Shown: piece after piece, positions 1 through 9,421 of the stretch
How positions within the stretch are numbered: the stretch's first letter is position 1
How the letters are laid out: every line of letters starts with the position of its first letter
NCBI GenBank assembly: GCA_963724295.1
Contig: CAVRUC010000009.1
Location: forward strand, 64,001 to 128,000
Direction: 5' to 3'
Length of the DNA stretch: 64,000 nt
Origin: an uncultured Chloroflexia bacterium
GTDB lineage: Bacteria > Chloroflexota > Chloroflexia > Thermomicrobiales > UBA6265
Notes under the pieces: generated by a model
What the model was told of the DNA's origin: nothing
The model's input: only the letters and a program-made list of their open reading frames with translations
Databases searched by the model: none
Position numbers and translations under genes: made by a program

Positions 1-1
1 G

Positions 2-1015
2 CTGATCGCGGAGGGACTTGGCGCCTGGGCGGAGTCGATCGCGTCCGCTCATGGCGTCGCCCCCGATGCCTACATCGACGGTTTCGTGCAGGGAACGGAC
101 TTTCTGCCCGCGATCCAGCGCTGGACCCCTGAGCTGCTGGATGAGATCGAGGGCATCGCCCGCGGCTCCGCCCAGCCGTGGCCGTGGATCTACGCCTACA
201 ACCTGCTCGACGAGGAATGGACCTGGGCCAGGGACCAGAAAGCGGGCACTGCCCCCGGCTGCACGGTTGCCGGGTTTGCGCCACAAGATGGAACACCAGT
301 CCTGGCGCAGACGATGGACATCCCCAATATCCATGATGGCACGCAGGCAGTCCTTCGCATCGAGCCGGACGACAGCCCGGCCGCCCTGGTCTTTACCCAT
401 GCCGGGATGATCGGTCTGACCGGTTGCAACGAGGACGGTCTGGCGGTCGTGGTGAACAACCTCGACATGCTTCCGGCCTCCCGCACCGGACTGCCCGTCG
501 CCTTCGTGCTTCGCGGCGTCCTGGCCCAGCGCACGCTCGCCGCTGCGGTCGACTTCGTCAGCCAGATTGCTCACGCCACCGGGCAGCATTACGGGATCGC
601 CGCGCCGGAGGGTCTGGCCAGCGTCGAAGGATGGGCGACCGGTGTCGCGGTCGATGCGGAGTTAGGTACGCGCCTGCTGCACACCAACCACCCACTCTAT
701 ACGGATGAGACGCTCGGTGACGCTGAGTCGCGCTACGAGCGGAGCCGGACGCGGCAGCGGCTCGACTATCTCGAGCGTGAGGCGGGGCCGCGCCGCGACG
801 TCCCTGGATTGCAAGAGCTGCTCTCCGATTGCACCGTTCCCGTCAGCCTCGGCGCCGATCGCCCGTCGATGACCTTCGGCGCGGTCGTCTACGAGTGCAG
901 CCTGCCGGCGCGCATGTGGGTCGCGCCCGGACCGCCGCACGAGAAGCCTTTCCGCGAAATGGAGTGGCCATCTACCCGCGTGCCGATCGCAACCAGGACG
1001 TCGACCGTCGCCTGA
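2..1015 (+). CDS. C45-family Ntn-hydrolase (acyl-CoA:6-APA acyltransferase-like), 5'-truncated by window edge
   Basis: Frame open from nt 2 (LIAEGLGAWAESI...). ELLDEIEGIARG propeptide motif, G|CT autoprocessing site, AQTMD, GCNEDGL and HTNH motifs. Confidence 0.85.
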   Translation: MIAEGLGAWAESIASAHGVAPDAYIDGFVQGTDFLPAIQRWTPELLDEIEGIARGSAQPWPWIYAYNLLDEEWTWARDQKAGTAPGCTVAGFAPQDGTPVLAQTMDIPNIHDGTQAVLRIEPDDSPAALVFTHAGMIGLTGCNEDGLAVVVNNLDMLPASRTGLPVAFVLRGVLAQRTLAAAVDFVSQIAHATGQHYGIAAPEGLASVEGWATGVAVDAELGTRLLHTNHPLYTDETLGDAESRYERSRTRQRLDYLEREAGPRRDVPGLQELLSDCTVPVSLGADRPSMTFGAVVYECSLPARMWVAPGPPHEKPFREMEWPSTRVPIATRTSTVA

Positions 1016-1266
1016 ATACAGCGCCAGCGGCGACGCGACTAACTCCGGGTAACCAGTTTCAAAAAACAGTGATCACGCCCGTGGCGAGTGCGGTCACGAT
1101 CGGTGGTCCACGTCGTGCTAGGCTGCACCCAACACACGGACTTTTCCGTGTTAGATCCCGCGCCCTCGCGGGACCCCTCTTCGTTGTAGCCGCCTTTTGG
1201 GGAGCGACTGCGACCGATCCCGGACCGGTTCGGTGCGGGACGTCCGGCTATCCGAAGGGCACCACC

Positions 1267-1692
1267 ATGACCGACCTCGGTCGGCAACTGCACATTCTCG
1301 TCGTCAACGACACCCAAGAGATCCTCGACTTACTGCAGGATCTGCTCGAAGGCGAGGGCTACCGAGTCACCCAGTCGTTGGCCCTGCTGAACATCGACAA
1401 GATCAAGGCGCTCGCTCCTGACATCATCGCCCAGGACATCATGTTCGAGCACTCCCAGGATGAGGGCTGGAAGATGCTGCACCTGATGCGCCTCGACCCG
1501 GAGCTGGCTCGCATCCCGATCGTGCTCTGCACGGCGGCGGTCAGTGTCGTGCGGGATGAAGCGATGGCCGAGCAACTGGACCGGCTGGGGGTTCGCGTGG
1601 TCCTCAAGCCGTTCCACATCGACGAGCTCGTGCAGGTGCTGTCCGAGGTACGCGTCGCCCAGGGACTCATCAATCAGGCGATCGATGGCTAG
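1267..1692 (+). CDS. Single-domain response regulator receiver protein
   Basis: ILVVNDTQE (Asn in acidic pocket), IIAQD phospho-acceptor, IPIVLCTA, VLKPF lysine. ATG 1267. Confidence 0.85.
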   Translation: MTDLGRQLHILVVNDTQEILDLLQDLLEGEGYRVTQSLALLNIDKIKALAPDIIAQDIMFEHSQDEGWKMLHLMRLDPELARIPIVLCTAAVSVVRDEAMAEQLDRLGVRVVLKPFHIDELVQVLSEVRVAQGLINQAIDG

Positions 1693-1814
1693 CATCTAAC
1701 GGTCAGGCGACGCGGGTAAAGACTGTCCATTGGTACCCCCGTAATGGAAAAGGTGCCGGACGTCGGCAGTGACAACTAACGGGGTTTCCTCGCCATCATG
1801 CCAAATCAAGGTAA

Positions 1815-1984
1815 TGGATGGAGTATTGAGCTTGGTCAAGCAGGTCAAGGCGTTTGAGGAGCACCTCGTCACCATGGGTGTGACGGAGGTGCTCAAACCC
1901 TTCAACATTGACCGGCTGGTCGACGCCATCTGTGAGCGTCTTGGCGCGGATCGTGCGCTGCGACCTATTGACGCGGAAGGCTAG
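1815..1984 (+). pseudogene. C-terminal remnant of a receiver domain
   Basis: EEHLVTMGVTEVLKPFNIDRLVDAI parallels the upstream AEQLDRLGVRVVLKPFHIDELVQVL. No N-terminal half or phospho-Asp. Confidence 0.55.
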
Positions 1985-1986
1985 CA

Positions 1987-2226
1987 ATGGACGAGGCGCG
2001 GCCAGAGCTCCAGTCGCGAACCCAGCAACAGCAATTGGCGGTCCTGATGCACGAGTTGCGCACACCGCTGACGGTACTCATGGGCCGAGTTCAACTGCTG
2101 CGCCGTCACGTACGGCGCGGCGATGATGCCGTGCGAATCGACACCGACCTGGAAGCGATCGAGGCCGCCATTGTCCGGCTGACGGCTGCCGTGGAGCGGC
2201 TCGATCGTGAACGTGAAACCGATTGA
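1987..2226 (+). CDS. Stand-alone HisKA/DHp-domain protein (79 aa)
   Basis: H-box LMHELRTPLTVLMGRVQLL followed by a second helix. No HATPase domain follows. Confidence 0.75.
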   Translation: MDEARPELQSRTQQQQLAVLMHELRTPLTVLMGRVQLLRRHVRRGDDAVRIDTDLEAIEAAIVRLTAAVERLDRERETD

Positions 2227-2435
2227 AGCGCTGTGGTTGGGAGCGTGCCGGGGAGATGCTGCCCTTTTTCAGCACAATCCCTGGTTAGACCGATAGCTGA
2301 TAGCCAGGGCCGTCTGCCAGCTCACCGCACCGGCAGGCGCCGGTCGAGCCAACCGCATCCACCAGACAAGGTCAGTCTGGCCAGACGGATAGGGTCCCGG
2401 CGGCGAAGAGTTCGTCTCCCCCGGTTCCCGAAAAG

Positions 2436-2474
2436 TTCAAACTCTTCAAACCCTTCAAACTCTTCAAACTCTTC
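2436..2474. repeat. 9-bp tandem repeat (CYCTTCAAA) x~4
   Basis: ttcaaa ctcttcaaa cccttcaaa ctcttcaaa ctcttc, intergenic upstream of nadE. Confidence 0.85.
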
Positions 2475-2587
2475 GACGAGCAATTTGAGCGGCGGGACTC
2501 CCGGATTTTGCGCCGCCTTCTCCTACACTTGAGGTGTAGCGAGCGCGGCCACGACGCGAAGGCCGGGACTGAGCGAGAGGCGCCGGA

Positions 2588-4534
2588 ATGCGGCTCGTAC
2601 GGGTTGGACTGGGCAGTATCGACACCACGGTCGGCGCGTTTCGCGAGAATACCGACCGCGCGCTGGCACTCGCCCACGACATGGCGGCCGACGGCGTCAC
2701 TGTCGGCGTCTTCCCGGAACAGGCCATCGGTGGCTACCCGGTCGAAGACCTCATCCAGTGGCAGGGGTTCGTCGAACGACAATGGCCCGAGCTGGAGCGC
2801 TTCGCGCGGGAGACGGCAGACCTGGCGACAGTGTTCGTGATCGGGGTCTCCGTGCTCCACGACGGTCTCCGCTACAACTGCGCGGCGACGGTCGCCGGCG
2901 GGTCCATCCGATCGCTGACCCCGAAAGAGAAGCTCCCCACTTACAACGTCTTCTATGAAGGGCGGACCGTCTCCCGCGGCGTGCCCGGCGCATTCTCGGA
3001 CGTCCGCGGCGTCCCCTTTGGGGATCTCATCGTCCGATTCGACTTCGGCGCGATCGCCCCCGAGGTCTGTGAGGATCTCTGGAGCCCCGAAGGACCGACC
3101 CGACGCCGCACCTACTCGGGCGCCGAGCTGGTCTGCAACGTCTCCGCCTCGCCGTTCCGGCTGGGGGTGGTGCAGACCCGGCGCGAGTTGATCGCCACCC
3201 GCGCCGCCGACTACCAATGCTCGTTCGCCTACGCCAATCTCGCCGGGTCCAACGACGGGTTGATCTTCGACGGTGGTGGCTACCTCAATCAGAACGGCAA
3301 GTGGATGCTGGAGGCGCCCCGCTGGCGCGAGGGTTTCGCGGCCGCGACCGTCGACCTCGATCGCACCACCCGATTGCGTGCGGAGAACACCACCTGGCGC
3401 ATCGACGCGGAGGCATACCTGGCGGAACACGCGCCTGTGAGGACCATCGACGTGCCGTCTGCCGAGTTCAGCACCGCAACCAGCCGCGCTGCCTTGACCT
3501 ATCCGGTGCCGGCGCACGGCTCGTTCTTCCTCCCGGAACCCGAACCCCGGCGGTCACCGCGTCGGGAGTTTTTCGAGGAGATCCTCGACGCTTTGACGAT
3601 GGGGGTCGGCGACTACTTCGAGAAGAACCCGGTGTTCCGCACCATTGGCGTGGCGCTCTCCGGCGGCCGGGATTCGCTGCTGACTCTCCTCATCGCCCAT
3701 CGCTATGCCAGCCGCGTGCGACCGGAGGATCCGGGATCGTTACTCCGCGCGTTCTACATGCCGTCCCGCCATTCATCGGTCGAAACCCGGCGCGCCGCCG
3801 AGACGATCTGCCGCGAGCTTGGCGTCCCGCTGGAGATCGTGCCCATCGACGAAGCGTACGAGCGAGAGCTGGCGGCGACCGAGGCGATGCTCGGTGCGGG
3901 AGAGACGGTCACCGAGCTGACCAGGCAGAACATCCAGGCGCGCATCCGCGGGCAGCGGATGTGGAACTGGTCCAACTCCTCGGGCGGGCTCTTCCTGCAG
4001 ACTGGCAACATGAGCGAGAAGGCGGTCGGCTACACCACGATTGGCGGTGATCTGGAGGGTGCGCTCGGCGTGCTCGCCAATGTGCCGAAGACCGTGGTCA
4101 TGGCGCTGCTCACCTACCTGCAGGAGCAGACAGGTTATACCGGGATCGGTCTCGTACTGGCCAAACCGGCCGGACCCGAGCTGGCGCCGGACCAGGAAGG
4201 CGAGAAGGAGTTGATGCCCTTCCCGGTGCTCGACGCCTGTTTCCATCTCTTCGGCGCCGAGAAGCTGCTGCCGGAGGAGGTCGAAGAGGCGCTGGTGGTC
4301 ATGTTTCCCGGCCACACCCGCGACCAGCTCCGGGCCTGGGTCGAGAAGTTCACGCGCCTCTTCCTCGGCTCGATCTACAAGTGGGTGCAGGCCCCCATCT
4401 CCCTGCACATCGGCAATCTCGACCTCGACCGCGAGCGCGCGTTGCAACTTCCAGTCGTTCAGAACCAGGAATGGGCGGCCATTGCCAGGCCGGAGCTCGA
4501 GATTGCAACCCGGCGCCGGTTCGACGGTGCGTGA
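2588..4534 (+). CDS. nadE: Glutamine-dependent NAD+ synthetase
   Basis: Nitrilase-fold triad (FPE, PKEKLPTY, VCEDLW) fused to synthetase domain (ALSGGRDS, QNIQARIRG, TGNMSE, VGYTTIGGD). Confidence 0.95.
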   Translation: MRLVRVGLGSIDTTVGAFRENTDRALALAHDMAADGVTVGVFPEQAIGGYPVEDLIQWQGFVERQWPELERFARETADLATVFVIGVSVLHDGLRYNCAATVAGGSIRSLTPKEKLPTYNVFYEGRTVSRGVPGAFSDVRGVPFGDLIVRFDFGAIAPEVCEDLWSPEGPTRRRTYSGAELVCNVSASPFRLGVVQTRRELIATRAADYQCSFAYANLAGSNDGLIFDGGGYLNQNGKWMLEAPRWREGFAAATVDLDRTTRLRAENTTWRIDAEAYLAEHAPVRTIDVPSAEFSTATSRAALTYPVPAHGSFFLPEPEPRRSPRREFFEEILDALTMGVGDYFEKNPVFRTIGVALSGGRDSLLTLLIAHRYASRVRPEDPGSLLRAFYMPSRHSSVETRRAAETICRELGVPLEIVPIDEAYERELAATEAMLGAGETVTELTRQNIQARIRGQRMWNWSNSSGGLFLQTGNMSEKAVGYTTIGGDLEGALGVLANVPKTVVMALLTYLQEQTGYTGIGLVLAKPAGPELAPDQEGEKELMPFPVLDACFHLFGAEKLLPEEVEEALVVMFPGHTRDQLRAWVEKFTRLFLGSIYKWVQAPISLHIGNLDLDRERALQLPVVQNQEWAAIARPELEIATRRRFDGA

Positions 4535-4694
4535 TCACGCCCAGGATCTCGGAACTATCGCCCGCAACGAGTGACAGGTCTCACGCCGGTGGCTGGGGCA
4601 TCCGAGGCCGCTGCCGGTGACGGGCCGTCGGGGCGACGCCCGCGTCGCCCGCGCGCTTCGCAAAGCGACGACGACCTGATCGCTGCCCACCTCG

Positions 4695-5387
4695 CTAGCC
4701 GCACGACGCCGCCCAACTGTCGAACAACGTCCCCGGCGGCGGCCCGACCACCGCGGCGACCGCGACCGGGCGCGCGCAGTCCGGTACACGCACGCTCGCG
4801 ATCGTCTCGTCCACCAACCAGCGTCCGTCGCGGTCGACGAAGAGCAAGACTCTCGTGCGATCGGGATCAGGTCGAAGATCGTCATTGACGACGAGCAGCA
4901 CCGCCGCCAGGACCCGGCCGTCGGCCAGGATCTGCACGTGCCACGGACCCAGGTAGCGCGCTCGATTCCCGTCGTCGAGCGTTGGAATGCTGATGGTTTG
5001 GATGGCCATCCCTTCGACAGCACCAAGCGATCGCCGCAACCAGTCATCACTGTGCAGCGCGTAGAAGCGAAGCATGTCGCCGGCGGTGAGGCAGGCGGCC
5101 ATCTCCTCGATCACCGCTGTGATCGCCGCCGTCGTCGCTGGGTCGGCGTCATTCCCACCGGGGAGCTCGCGAATCAGACCGATCTCGCTTGAATCTGTCT
5201 GGGCGAGTGTGAGGACCTCCGCGGTCGCGCGCGGAGTGGCATCGCACGTGACAGCAGTCGTGGACGCCGCCGGGGTGGCCTGAAGCGCCGAAGCGACCCG
5301 GGGCATCGCACCGCACACAAGGAGCGCGAACGCGATCAACCGCAGGAAGTCAACGCAGCCAGTACGACGCGACGAGCAGTGATTCAC
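4695..5387 (-). CDS. Secreted hypothetical protein (NTF2-like)
   Basis: Signal-peptide-like N-terminus ending ASA-LQATPAA; ACLTAGDMLRFYALHSDD and FVDRDGRWLVDE motifs. Confidence 0.65.
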   Translation of the reverse strand: MNHCSSRRTGCVDFLRLIAFALLVCGAMPRVASALQATPAASTTAVTCDATPRATAEVLTLAQTDSSEIGLIRELPGGNDADPATTAAITAVIEEMAACLTAGDMLRFYALHSDDWLRRSLGAVEGMAIQTISIPTLDDGNRARYLGPWHVQILADGRVLAAVLLVVNDDLRPDPDRTRVLLFVDRDGRWLVDETIASVRVPDCARPVAVAAVVGPPPGTLFDSWAASCG

Positions 5388-5448
5388 CAGGTGTTCTCCA
5401 CGTGACGGCCATGGCCGATGTAACTGACGGGATTTGGCCGACCAGGCG

Positions 5449-6165
5449 CTACGTGCCGGCGTCGTCCCGATCGGCGAGGAAGCGCAGCACCTCGGCGTTG
5501 AACGCCTCAGCCCGCTCCCACATCGGATTGTGCCCCGCCTCCGCCAGGATGATCAGGCGCGCGCTGGGAACGACCGCGGCGATCTCCTGACCAATGGCAA
5601 GTGGCGTGATGGCGTCGTGCTCGCCCCAGACGACGAGCGTCGGAGCGTCGATCCTCCTCAGATACGGCTCCCAGTCGGTCTGCAGCGCATCAACCGTCGC
5701 CGCGACGACGCTCCGAGGATGGCAGCGCAGCAGATCGCGCACCAGCAGCGGCGTGAACCCCAGCGAGCCGCGGCTGATGGTGCGCATGACATGCTCCGGA
5801 CGCGCCATAGTGCGCGTCCCCTGGGGGCGGATGGCGGCATCGACGAGGACCAGCCGGTCGATGCGGTCGGGATGGCGCGCGGCGAGTCGCGCCGCCACAG
5901 CTCCGCCAAGCGAGTGGCCGGCGATATGCGCTTGCGCGAGACCCTCGTCCACGAGCCAATCAGCGAGCCGGTCCGCGATATCGTCCAACCGCGACCAGCG
6001 GACCCCGCGACTCTCACCGAACCCGGGAAGATCGACGGAGTAGGTGCGAAAGCTGCGTGAGAAGACGGGAACATTTCTGCTCCACCAGCGACCAGAGCCA
6101 GAGAGCCCGTGGAGCAGGATCAGCGGTGGTCCGGACCCAACTACCTGATAGGCGAGAGCGTTCAT
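5449..6165 (-). CDS. Alpha/beta-fold hydrolase
   Basis: LLHGLSG, DLPGFGES, GHSLGG nucleophile elbow, GEHD, AGHN. Confidence 0.92.
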   Translation of the reverse strand: MNALAYQVVGSGPPLILLHGLSGSGRWWSRNVPVFSRSFRTYSVDLPGFGESRGVRWSRLDDIADRLADWLVDEGLAQAHIAGHSLGGAVAARLAARHPDRIDRLVLVDAAIRPQGTRTMARPEHVMRTISRGSLGFTPLLVRDLLRCHPRSVVAATVDALQTDWEPYLRRIDAPTLVVWGEHDAITPLAIGQEIAAVVPSARLIILAEAGHNPMWERAEAFNAEVLRFLADRDDAGT

Positions 6166-6181
6166 CGGGGCCCGCTCGGAG

Positions 6182-7039
6182 TCACGGCTTCCTCAACTCA
6201 TGCTCCGCATAGGCAATGATCCGGTCATCCACCATCAGTTCAGTCAATGGTTGACCGCGCAAGTACGCGTCGACGATCCGCGAAAGGGTTTCAGGATGGC
6301 TGAAATTGATCGCGTGGGCGGCATCAACATGGCGCACCAGGTCAGTATCGGCCGGTGAACGAAAGATCGTTTCGATTTGCGGGTTCGAAATCAGCGGATC
6401 TCGGGTGCCGATGACCGCCAGAAACGGGACGGGAACATGCATGAGCCGCTCCGCAGTGGGGTACTGGGTCATGCGGCGAAAGGCTTGCAATGAGTTCCCT
6501 AGGCCGAAGCGGAGATAGTCAGGGACCGCGATCCGCGCCAGCGAGGGCGGCTCACGCAGGCCATCGCGCGCGAGTTGCACGAGTCCCCGCGCAAGTGGCC
6601 GGTTGTGGCGACCGCCGGCCGGCGACACGAGGATTGCGCGCTCGGTGCGATCCGGATACCGGTGGGCGAACTCGGCGGCGACCAGACACCCGGACGAGTT
6701 GCCGAGGACGACCGCGCGCGGGACACCGACGGCGTCGAGATAGCCGGCCAGCGCCTCGGCCTGCTCGCGGATACCGAGCGGTTGGCGTGGCTTCTCGCTG
6801 TACCCATGCCCCGGCAGATCCGGCACGTACGTCGGGTAGTGCGACGCGAGTCGAGCCGCGGTCGGCTCCAGATAGCGACCGGATATCGCGAAACCATGGA
6901 TGTGCACAATCGGCGTGCTCGTATTGGACGTCTCTGCGACGCGGGAGTAGACGCGCAGACCCGCTACCGTGGTCCAGCGCCCGGCCAATGGCGGCATGGG
7001 CGTTTCCGGAGTTCGCTGGCGTGCCCTCAAAAAGGCCAA
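6182..7039 (-). CDS. Alpha/beta-fold hydrolase
   Basis: HIHGF, DLPGHG, GNSSG, GTRD, AAHA. Overlaps the upstream SDR stop. Confidence 0.9.
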   Translation of the reverse strand: MAFLRARQRTPETPMPPLAGRWTTVAGLRVYSRVAETSNTSTPIVHIHGFAISGRYLEPTAARLASHYPTYVPDLPGHGYSEKPRQPLGIREQAEALAGYLDAVGVPRAVVLGNSSGCLVAAEFAHRYPDRTERAILVSPAGGRHNRPLARGLVQLARDGLREPPSLARIAVPDYLRFGLGNSLQAFRRMTQYPTAERLMHVPVPFLAVIGTRDPLISNPQIETIFRSPADTDLVRHVDAAHAINFSHPETLSRIVDAYLRGQPLTELMVDDRIIAYAEHELRKP

Positions 7040-7761
7040 AGGTTTAGCTCTTGGGTCCAGGCGTGCCGCGGCTGCCGCAACAGAAAGAGGATGGCCTCGG
7101 CCACGTCTTCCGGATAGAGGTACTTCCGCCCCGGGTCGCTGGCCATTTCTTCTCGTTTCTCGGCGACCGATCGCCCTCCGAACGGGGTGAGGATCGAACC
7201 CGGCACCACGGTGCAGACCTTGATGCCGTCATCGGCGACCTCGCCCGCGAGCCCTTGCATCAGTCCCATCAATCCGAATTTCGACGCGCTGTAGGCGCCG
7301 AGCTGGGGGTAGCCCTGCTTCCCGGCGCCGGAGGAGACCGCGACGATCGCGCCGCCACCATTCTGGCGAAGGTGCGGGATCGCGGCCCTGGCACAAAGGA
7401 ACGGACCGGTCAGGTTCGTGGCGAGGGTTTCTTCCCAGTTGGCGAGCGGGTACGACTCGATTGGTCCGTATCGCCCAACACCGGCCGCCAGGATCGCGGC
7501 GTCGATCCCCTCCAGTTCGTCCGCAGCTTGGGCAAAGACCGCTTCCACCGCCGCTTCGTCGGTGACGTTGGCGGGTCGGACGAGCGATCGCCCACCAACG
7601 CTGGCCACCATGGCCGCGGTCTCCGCCAGCGGCTCTCGCGTCCGCCCGACCAGCACCGGCGTCCCTCCGGCCGCGGCCAGCCCCATGGCCACCGCCCGCC
7701 CAACACCGCTGCCGGCCCCGGTGATGACGGCCACCATGCCCGCCAGATCGCGGTGCGTCAT
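7027..7761 (-). CDS. Short-chain dehydrogenase/reductase
   Basis: TGAGSGVG cofactor motif, VSSG, YSASK catalytic motif. Confidence 0.93.
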   Translation of the reverse strand: MTHRDLAGMVAVITGAGSGVGRAVAMGLAAAGGTPVLVGRTREPLAETAAMVASVGGRSLVRPANVTDEAAVEAVFAQAADELEGIDAAILAAGVGRYGPIESYPLANWEETLATNLTGPFLCARAAIPHLRQNGGGAIVAVSSGAGKQGYPQLGAYSASKFGLMGLMQGLAGEVADDGIKVCTVVPGSILTPFGGRSVAEKREEMASDPGRKYLYPEDVAEAILFLLRQPRHAWTQELNLWPF

Positions 7762-8789
7762 GCGCGATACCCGTTATCGCCGTAGAGCCGCCGGTAGAGA
7801 CCGGCGAAAAAAGTCAGCAGCACCGAGCAGCCGGTGCGGCTGGTGAGGTCCTTCACGTCCCGGCTGGGGTCGATCTCGACCAGGTCGATCGCACCCACTT
7901 TGGGGTCCAGCCCGCACGCGAATACGGCCTCCATCAGCTGCCAGGCACTCATCCCTTCCGGCGAGGTGGCCGACGTCCCGATCGCCCAGGGGAAGGCAAG
8001 GCAATCGATGTCGACGCTCAGGTAGACGAGGTCGGTCCCATCCCCGGCGATCTGCAATGCCTCGGCGATGCAGTCCGGGATTCCCCGCCGCTGCAGGTCG
8101 CGGCCGCTGATGACGGTGACCCCTTGCTCCCGCGCCCACTCCATGTAGTTGGCGGCGTTCATGAAACCGTGGATGCCCAGCTCGACGACATTGCGGCCTT
8201 CGATCGGCAGATCCCCGGTGAGAATGGCCCGGAAGGGCGTGCCGTTGTGCGGACCGTGCTCGAAGTTGCGCACGTCGAGGTGGGCGTCGATGTTGATGAT
8301 GCCGACCCGCTTATCTGGGTTCGCCGCGCAGAAGCCTCGCACGGCGGGCGCGGTGACGGAGTGATCGCCACCGATCATCACCGGAATGAAGCGCGGCTCG
8401 ATGGCACAGGCTGCTGCCACGGCGGCCTCGATCTTGGCGTGGGCCACCGTCACGTCGGTGAGATGCCCGCCGACGTCGCCCAGGTCGCGCGCTCGCAAAC
8501 CCCGGATGTCAGTGTCCCAGTCTGGCGAGTAGGTCGTGTTGTAGCGGAAGGCCAGGCGGATCGATTCCGGCGCGGCATAGGCGCCGGAGGGATTGATCGA
8601 TGCCCCCGAGTAAGGCAATCCGATCAACCCGGCGTCGAGTGGATCCTCACCGTCCCACGGCGTCAGCCAGTTGTTGACTCGTAGCTCCTCACTGTCCTGC
8701 CAGCCCGCGCGTTTGGTGACGCTCGCCGGCGACAGATGCGGAACCCCAAATCGCGGTGGTACGCCGATAGCCACGAACCCCTCCATCAT
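7758..8789 (-). CDS. Ureohydrolase (arginase family), formimidoylglutamase/HutG-like
   Basis: GGDHS, DAHLD, HNGTPFR and SVDID metal ligands. N-terminal PWDG..GLIGLPYSGAS resembles Bacillus-type HutG. Confidence 0.85.
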   Translation of the reverse strand: MMEGFVAIGVPPRFGVPHLSPASVTKRAGWQDSEELRVNNWLTPWDGEDPLDAGLIGLPYSGASINPSGAYAAPESIRLAFRYNTTYSPDWDTDIRGLRARDLGDVGGHLTDVTVAHAKIEAAVAAACAIEPRFIPVMIGGDHSVTAPAVRGFCAANPDKRVGIINIDAHLDVRNFEHGPHNGTPFRAILTGDLPIEGRNVVELGIHGFMNAANYMEWAREQGVTVISGRDLQRRGIPDCIAEALQIAGDGTDLVYLSVDIDCLAFPWAIGTSATSPEGMSAWQLMEAVFACGLDPKVGAIDLVEIDPSRDVKDLTSRTGCSVLLTFFAGLYRRLYGDNGYRA

Positions 8790-8951
8790 TCGTTGAACTG
8801 CCTGATCCTGAAGGCAGCATACCCGGCGTAACCGTGCCGGGCGCACCCGAATGGAGACCGGAGTGTGGTCTCAATCTCCGCGAACAATGACCGAATCGAG
8901 CGACAGCTGAACCGGGTTGATCGCGGTTGCGGGTTACTTGCCGAGCGCCGA

Positions 8952-9221
8952 TTAGTCCAATGCGGATGCGATGAGACCCACGTCTTCGTCGCTCAGATCG
9001 ACCACCCCTGCCAGCAGCTCGTCAAACAGGCGAGGCACTTTCGCGGCGTGCTCCAGGAGCCCGCGCGCGGCCATGATCCGATCGGCCACCTTCGCATCCG
9101 CGATCTCGCCGTCGACGCAGGCCGACAGAAACAGGAACGAGCGTCGCGCGGCCGCCAACAGCTCTTCTTCAGTGATCGAGTTGTCGGTGAATTCGTCGGC
9201 CTCAGTCTCTTCCTTCGCCAT
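8952..9221 (-). CDS. Small acidic helical hypothetical protein (89 aa)
   Basis: ATG 9221 after G-rich RBS; MAKEETEADEF...KVADRIMAARGLLE; co-oriented within the block. Confidence 0.6.
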   Translation of the reverse strand: MAKEETEADEFTDNSITEEELLAAARRSFLFLSACVDGEIADAKVADRIMAARGLLEHAAKVPRLFDELLAGVVDLSDEDVGLIASALD

Positions 9222-9351
9222 GTACCCCCCGTCCTTTTCGGATCGCTTGTCAGCGATGCAGTCTCTCGCCCTCGCCGCGGCTCCGCAACCACCCAGGCGC
9301 GACTGCCAAACGGCTCCGGGCAGGCGTGAACGTCCGGCTCTTCCTGGTACC

Positions 9352-9380
9352 CGGGAAGTTCGGGAAGTTCGGTAAGTTCG
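9352..9380. repeat. 9-bp tandem repeat (CGGKAAGTT) x3
   Basis: cgggaagtt cgggaagtt cggtaagtt cg downstream of the ABC permease. Confidence 0.75.
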
Positions 9381-9421
9381 ACTCGGCCCGTACGTGCGCC
9401 GGCGGAAGAGAATCGCCGCTC

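Noticed and set aside
8790..8951. Guanidine riboswitch upstream of the ureohydrolase
   Set aside because: No ykkC consensus and no paired ACGR-loop hairpins visible.
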